In this document: one piece after another, positions 15,709 through 18,799 of the stretch
How positions within the stretch are numbered: the first letter of the stretch is position 1
Layout: every line of letters begins with the position of its first letter
DNA from: Candidatus Iainarchaeum sp.
GTDB lineage: Archaea; Iainarchaeota; Iainarchaeia; Iainarchaeales; 0-14-0-20-34-12
Direction: 5' to 3'
Length of the DNA stretch: 18,799 nt
Assembly (NCBI GenBank): GCA_030649345.1
Contig: JAUSKK010000004.1
Location: 1-18,799 of the forward strand
The notes under the pieces: model-generated
What the model was told of the DNA's origin: nothing
The model's database searches: none
Seen by the model: the letters and a program-made list of their open reading frames with translations, nothing else
Made by a program: the position numbers and the translations under genes

Positions 15709-15738
15709 TTTAAAAAGGTTTAAAAACCTATTTAAAAA
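15709..15738. promoter_or_regulatory. Three phased TTTAAAAA boxes in the tbp / rpl21e divergent region
   Basis: TTTAAAAA at 15709..15716, 15719..15726 and 15731..15738. Function is unassigned. They lie too far from either start codon to be the core promoters. Confidence 0.3.
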
Positions 15739-15959
15739 GCTTTCAGTTTGAAGGTCGTTATAGTGAATTTGCAGGTTTAAATACTTTTCCATTAAAGTAT
15801 AATATACTATATAAACCGAATTACAAAGTGTTGAACAATATAAAGCAATATACAATAGATGTTGCATTAATGCTGTTTCAACAATTTGGCAGGTGTATTT
15901 TAAATGATTTTAAATTTGAGTAATTTAAAAACTTTTAAAATTCTCAGGGGGAATTTTAA

Positions 15960-16265
15960 ATGACCAATAAACCCAGTAAAGGAAAACGCGCAAAAACTCG
16001 GAATTTATTTCGAGCCAAACGTGTCATTACAGTAAACGAAGTATTGAAAACATTTGAACCCAATGACAAAGTACAAATCGTTATTCAAGGTTCATTTCAC
16101 GGCGGTCTTCCATTCCGAAGATTTCAAGGATTGACAGGCACAGTTATCAAAAGTCAAGGTACCTGTTATGAAGTGCATGTATTCAAACCTAACGCAAAAC
16201 ATGTAAATAAAATTGTAGTACATCCAGTGCATTTGAAAAAAATTCAAACCATTGGAATGCAATAA
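15960..16265 (+). CDS. rpl21e: Ribosomal protein L21e (eL21)
   Basis: N-terminal basic KGKRAKTRNLF, then DKVQIVIQGSFHGGLPFRRFQGLTGTV and VVHPVHLKKI, typical of archaeal L21e. A GGGGG lies 6 nt upstream of the ATG. Confidence 0.9.
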   Translation: MTNKPSKGKRAKTRNLFRAKRVITVNEVLKTFEPNDKVQIVIQGSFHGGLPFRRFQGLTGTVIKSQGTCYEVHVFKPNAKHVNKIVVHPVHLKKIQTIGMQ

Positions 16266-16268
16266 AAT

Positions 16269-16643
16269 GTGGTGAGCAAATTGATTGGAGAACAATTATT
16301 GGAAAGAAAATTTTTAACATTAACTGAAGTTAAAGATTTATTAAACAAAAGAAAAAAAGAAAAAGAATTAACGTACGAACAAGACATGGCATTAAAGTAT
16401 TCTAAACAGTTCGCAAAATTAACGCCAGCACAAACCAAAAAAATGATTGGAGAATTAAAAGAATTTCCAGAAATCACAGAAGAAATGGCCGTCAAAATTG
16501 CCGACATGGTACCCTCGGAAATGCCCATACTGAAATTAATTATTCCAAAAGAAGTTAAAATTAGTGAAGAATCATTAAACAAAATATTTGAAATTAGTCA
16601 AAAGTATTCTAAAGAAAAGAAAGAAGAAGAAAAAGAAGAGTAA
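16269..16643 (+). CDS. rpoF: DNA-directed RNA polymerase subunit Rpo4 (RpoF); true start may be TTG at 16281
   Basis: The pattern LTLTEVKDLL...YEQDMALKYSKQFAKLTPAQ...AVKIADMVP resembles remembered archaeal RpoF. GGTGA at 16271..16275 lies 5 nt before TTG 16281, which would give MIGEQ... as in other RpoF N-termini. Synteny with L21e and DUF655 supports the call. Confidence 0.8.
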   Translation: MVSKLIGEQLLERKFLTLTEVKDLLNKRKKEKELTYEQDMALKYSKQFAKLTPAQTKKMIGELKEFPEITEEMAVKIADMVPSEMPILKLIIPKEVKISEESLNKIFEISQKYSKEKKEEEKEE

Positions 16644-16748
16644 GGGAAGGGTCAGGATTAACCTTTCAAGGAAGGGGATCCGGACGAACCTCAAACTGAG
16701 GGGAAACCTTGGTTTCCCTGCGGTTCGGAAGAAGAAAAAGAAGAATAA
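16623..16748 (+). repeat. 21-nt direct repeat (20/21 identical), gaagaagaaaaagaaga[g/a]taa, at 16623..16643 and 16728..16748
   Basis: Hand alignment. The first copy is the last codons plus TAA stop of rpoF. The second copy follows the 84-nt GC-rich insert and also ends in TAA. Confidence 0.85.
16644..16727 (+). ncRNA. Candidate structured RNA or miniature insertion (84 nt, GC-rich, three hairpins); unknown family
   Basis: 46/84 G+C by hand count, in an otherwise AT-rich window. Hairpin 1 is 16646..16651 / 16662..16667. The inner hairpin is 16701..16707 / 16712..16718, 7 bp with a CUUG tetraloop. It is enclosed by cgaacc (16685..16690) / ggttcg (16722..16727). An alternative hairpin cctca-aac-tgagg lies at 16689..16701. 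Confidence 0.3.
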
Positions 16749-16774
16749 AAGAGAGCAAGAGAAGAGGAGAGAGT

Positions 16775-17386
16775 ATGGCGAACGAAGAAAATGCTTACGT
16801 ATTAGACTATCTGGCGAAAGGGAAAAGTTCCGATTACCGCGAATCTCCATTAGCTCAAGTCTTGGGAACTAGTTTTTTCACATTATTGGAAGTTGTTCCT
16901 AAAGCAGAATTAAAAGCCATGCAAAAGGTTTACATTGGCAAAGAAAAACGAGAAGAAGTCAGTTTAATTAAGCGAAGAATTGCTTACAAAGAACTTACAT
17001 CCAATGCCACAGCTGAATTACAGAATGCCATTGAAAAAATAGTGGAAGAAAACAAAGACACTTTTTTGCAATTTTATAATATTTCTCATTCCATTAGCTT
17101 GCGCATGCATCAAATTGAATTATTACCCGGATTTGGAAAAAAACATGTTTTAGATTTATTGGATGAACGTGAAAAAAAAGAATTTCAAAGCTTTGAAGAA
17201 ATTCAAGAAAGAGTCAAAGGAATTCCGGATCCATTGAAAGCCATTGTAAAAAGAATTGTACAAGAATTAGAAAGCGAAGAAGACTTGAAATATTACTTGT
17301 TTACCCGAAGGCCTCCAACCGAAGAAGAAGGAAAAGACCGAGGGCAAGGATTTCGAAGAGATACGCATAGATCGTACGAACAATAA
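16775..17386 (+). CDS. DUF655-family protein (OB-fold plus helix-hairpin-helix, predicted nucleic-acid binding)
   Basis: MANEENAYVLDYLAKGKSS is the typical family N-terminus. The HhH-like LLPGFGKKHVLDLL follows, and an AGGAGAGAG lies upstream. The track ORF from 16709 (TTG) is an in-frame upstream extension through the purine tract and is unlikely to be the real start. Confidence 0.85.
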   Translation: MANEENAYVLDYLAKGKSSDYRESPLAQVLGTSFFTLLEVVPKAELKAMQKVYIGKEKREEVSLIKRRIAYKELTSNATAELQNAIEKIVEENKDTFLQFYNISHSISLRMHQIELLPGFGKKHVLDLLDEREKKEFQSFEEIQERVKGIPDPLKAIVKRIVQELESEEDLKYYLFTRRPPTEEEGKDRGQGFRRDTHRSYEQ

Positions 17387-17419
17387 CCTAATTAAGTTCT
17401 TTTTCTAAATTTATTACAT

Positions 17420-18178
17420 ATGCCTAAATCAAAACTATTTATTGAATTAACGTCTTGGACTTTAAAACACAAGCTTAAACTAAAACGAGATACTGTAGCA
17501 GTTCCCATTGAAGAAAGTGTATTGGAAAGCATACTCAAACAAATTCCAAAAAATGCAAAAACAATTACAGAATACAACAGCACAGGCTTTATTAGTGAAA
17601 AATTAAAAACATATTCTGAAACTGAATTTATTCCAGCACATGGTTTTGAAGAAATTGTAAAAGAAAAAACAAAAACTTTAAAGATTTTTGAAAAAATAGC
17701 AGACACGCAAAAGAATGCAGATTGTTTGATTGCATTTGTAATGCCGGTGGAGAATTTAAAACAAAAAATGGTTGAATTCATTCAACAAAAGCCTAAAATA
17801 ATTATTTTATTGATTCCTGCCAGCATCGCCCAAGAATTAAACTCATTTCCGGGTTCGCCTGATTACACGGAAATCAGTGTCTTGGTGCAAACATTTTATT
17901 CCAGTCAAGAATGTGAAAAAATTCCTGCTCAATCCTTTTTCCCTCAGCCCAGCGCCCAATATCAAATACTAAAACTAAGCTTGCGCAAAGGAATGCAGCC
18001 TGAACTAAAAAAATATTATGCTTTTTTGAAAGAATTGTTTAGAACCAAAGGCAAAGACTTGGGAAATGTATTGGGAAAAGAAAAAAGCAACAAGATACGC
18101 GAAGAATATTTAAGAGAAAAAATAATGCTATTGGAAGTCGACGAATTAAAAAATATATTTTTAGAATTGGAAAAATAA
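17420..18178 (+). CDS. KsgA/Dim1 (rRNA adenine dimethyltransferase) family homologue with degenerate SAM-binding and catalytic motifs
   Basis: LLIPASIAQELNSFPGSPDYTEISVLVQTFY...IPAQSFFPQPSAQYQILKL aligns with E. coli KsgA [30 protein letters not shown]...VPPSAFTPPPKVDSAVVRL. At the motif I position it has TEYNSTGFISEKL instead of VEIGPGxGxLTExL. At the NLPY position it has FVMPV. Synteny (L21e, RpoF, DUF655, KsgA) agrees. Confidence 0.65.
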   Translation: MPKSKLFIELTSWTLKHKLKLKRDTVAVPIEESVLESILKQIPKNAKTITEYNSTGFISEKLKTYSETEFIPAHGFEEIVKEKTKTLKIFEKIADTQKNADCLIAFVMPVENLKQKMVEFIQQKPKIIILLIPASIAQELNSFPGSPDYTEISVLVQTFYSSQECEKIPAQSFFPQPSAQYQILKLSLRKGMQPELKKYYAFLKELFRTKGKDLGNVLGKEKSNKIREEYLREKIMLLEVDELKNIFLELEK

Positions 18179-18180
18179 TT

Positions 18181-18799
18181 TTATTCAATTTTTTCTAAAA
18201 TAATTCGTTCCAATTCAACAATATGATCGTCAAAACAGGCACTGAAAGCTAAGTCTAGTTTTCGCTTGTTTTCTCCATGAATTTCAAATAATAAGTCTCC
18301 TTTTTTGACTTTGTCTCCAATATCAACACGTAAAATAATTCCAGCCAATTGGTCTCCAGGAGCTCCAGATATTCTGGCAACTTCAATTAGTTTTTTTAAA
18401 TTAAAACTAGAAACTTCTCCGTCTCTGGGCACAGTAACTTTTTTAATAAATGGAGCACGCGGAACATCTTTGGAATGCAAAATTTTTGGACCTTGGGCTT
18501 TAATGATTTCTTGAAATTTTTTCAACGCTTTACCCGAACGCAAAATATCCAAAGCAGTTAAAGTTCCTTTTCCTTTGGGAACTTTCCCAGTTAACTCCAA
18601 CAATACTCCGCTAAGTTCACAGGCTTTTTGTGCCAAAGAATTGAATGTTTTTCCTTCCAGTATTTCCAAAGCTTCTTTAGCTTCTAAAGCCGGACCAAAA
18701 GTTTGACCTGAAGGCTGTGTTCCATCCGTTAAAACAACTTCGGTTGTAATTCCTAAACGTTTTCCGACTTCAATAAATGTTTTCGCCATCCGTTCGCCT
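18181..18799 (-). CDS. deoA: AMP phosphorylase / thymidine phosphorylase family, C-terminal part; 5' end lies outside the window
   Basis: The frame stays open to the window edge (…GERMAKTFIEVGKRLG...). The C-terminal alpha/beta domain pattern PRDGEVSSFNLKKLIEVARISGAPGDQLAGIILRVDIGDKVKKGDLLFEIH is typical of pyrimidine-nucleoside phosphorylase family proteins. Confidence 0.8.
   Translation of the reverse strand, partial: GERMAKTFIEVGKRLGITTEVVLTDGTQPSGQTFGPALEAKEALEILEGKTFNSLAQKACELSGVLLELTGKVPKGKGTLTALDILRSGKALKKFQEIIKAQGPKILHSKDVPRAPFIKKVTVPRDGEVSSFNLKKLIEVARISGAPGDQLAGIILRVDIGDKVKKGDLLFEIHGENKRKLDLAFSACFDDHIVELERIILEKIE

Noticed and set aside
16092-16582. 67-aa and 112-aa minus-strand ORFs
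   Set aside because: They are antisense to rpl21e and rpoF.
16709-16774. TTG-initiated upstream extension of the DUF655 ORF (MVSLRFGRRKRR...)
   Set aside because: The family N-terminus (E-x-YAYVLDYL-like) begins right after ATG 16775, which has an AGGAG-like motif upstream. The extension runs through the hairpin element and the purine tract.
16575-16872. 91-aa minus-strand and 94-aa plus-strand ORFs with poly-Phe / poly-Lys runs
   Set aside because: They are produced by the purine-rich (GAA)n-like tracts and the GC-rich insert. The translations are low complexity and overlap two supported genes.
17392-17781. 129-aa minus-strand ORF
   Set aside because: It is antisense to the KsgA-like gene, with hydrophobic low-complexity content typical of an AT-rich antisense frame.
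18305-18514. 69-aa plus-strand ORF
   Set aside because: It is antisense to the phosphorylase gene.
1-18799. CRISPR arrays, rRNA genes, IS transposases, tRNA introns
   Set aside because: I saw no regularly spaced 25 to 40 nt direct repeats, no rRNA-like conserved blocks and no transposase-like ORF. The single tRNA folds without an intron.

Overview
AT-rich, very tightly packed archaeal chromosome fragment. Archaeal markers are TBP, ribosomal protein L21e, RNA polymerase subunit Rpo4/F, a DUF655 protein and FtsZ. The compaction and the many orphan genes fit a small-genome, possibly DPANN-like uncultivated archaeon, but lineage cannot be proven from this window. Three blocks are visible. (1) Positions 1..5189 look like an integrated element next to the 3' end of a tRNA-Asn(GTT) gene. 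It carries a tyrosine integrase with a C-terminal zinc ribbon, a 242-aa protein with a HEPN/DUF4145-like Rx4H C-terminal domain, a small orphan ORF, and a large HsdR-like helicase-nuclease. The supplied ORF track misses the HsdR-like gene because it runs off the left edge. No hsdM or hsdS is visible. (2) Positions 5328..15615 hold a bacterial-type phosphoglycosyl transferase without its membrane helix, ftsZ, and all five UMP-pathway genes from carbamoyl phosphate (pyrB, pyrC, pyrD, pyrE, pyrF). Three orphan proteins with strongly basic N-termini are interleaved among these genes. pyrB carries a C-terminal PyrI zinc domain only. pyrD looks class 1A with no pyrK. TBP sits 8 nt upstream of pyrB on the same strand. 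(3) Positions 15960..18799 carry the conserved archaeal cluster L21e, Rpo4/F, DUF655 and a KsgA/Dim1-like gene, then the 3' part of an AMP/thymidine phosphorylase gene. The KsgA-like protein keeps the C-terminal half of the family but lacks the SAM-binding glycine loop and the NLPY catalytic motif. An 84-nt GC-rich, hairpin-rich insert lies between rpoF and the DUF655 gene. It is flanked by a 21-nt direct repeat that duplicates the 3' end and stop codon of rpoF. Most first genes have a TATA-like box centred about 23 to 28 nt upstream of the ATG (leaderless pattern). Internal operon genes have GGTGA-type Shine-Dalgarno motifs. No CRISPR array, rRNA gene or IS transposase was seen. All calls come from reading and hand-translating the sequence and from remembered family motifs; no searches were run.
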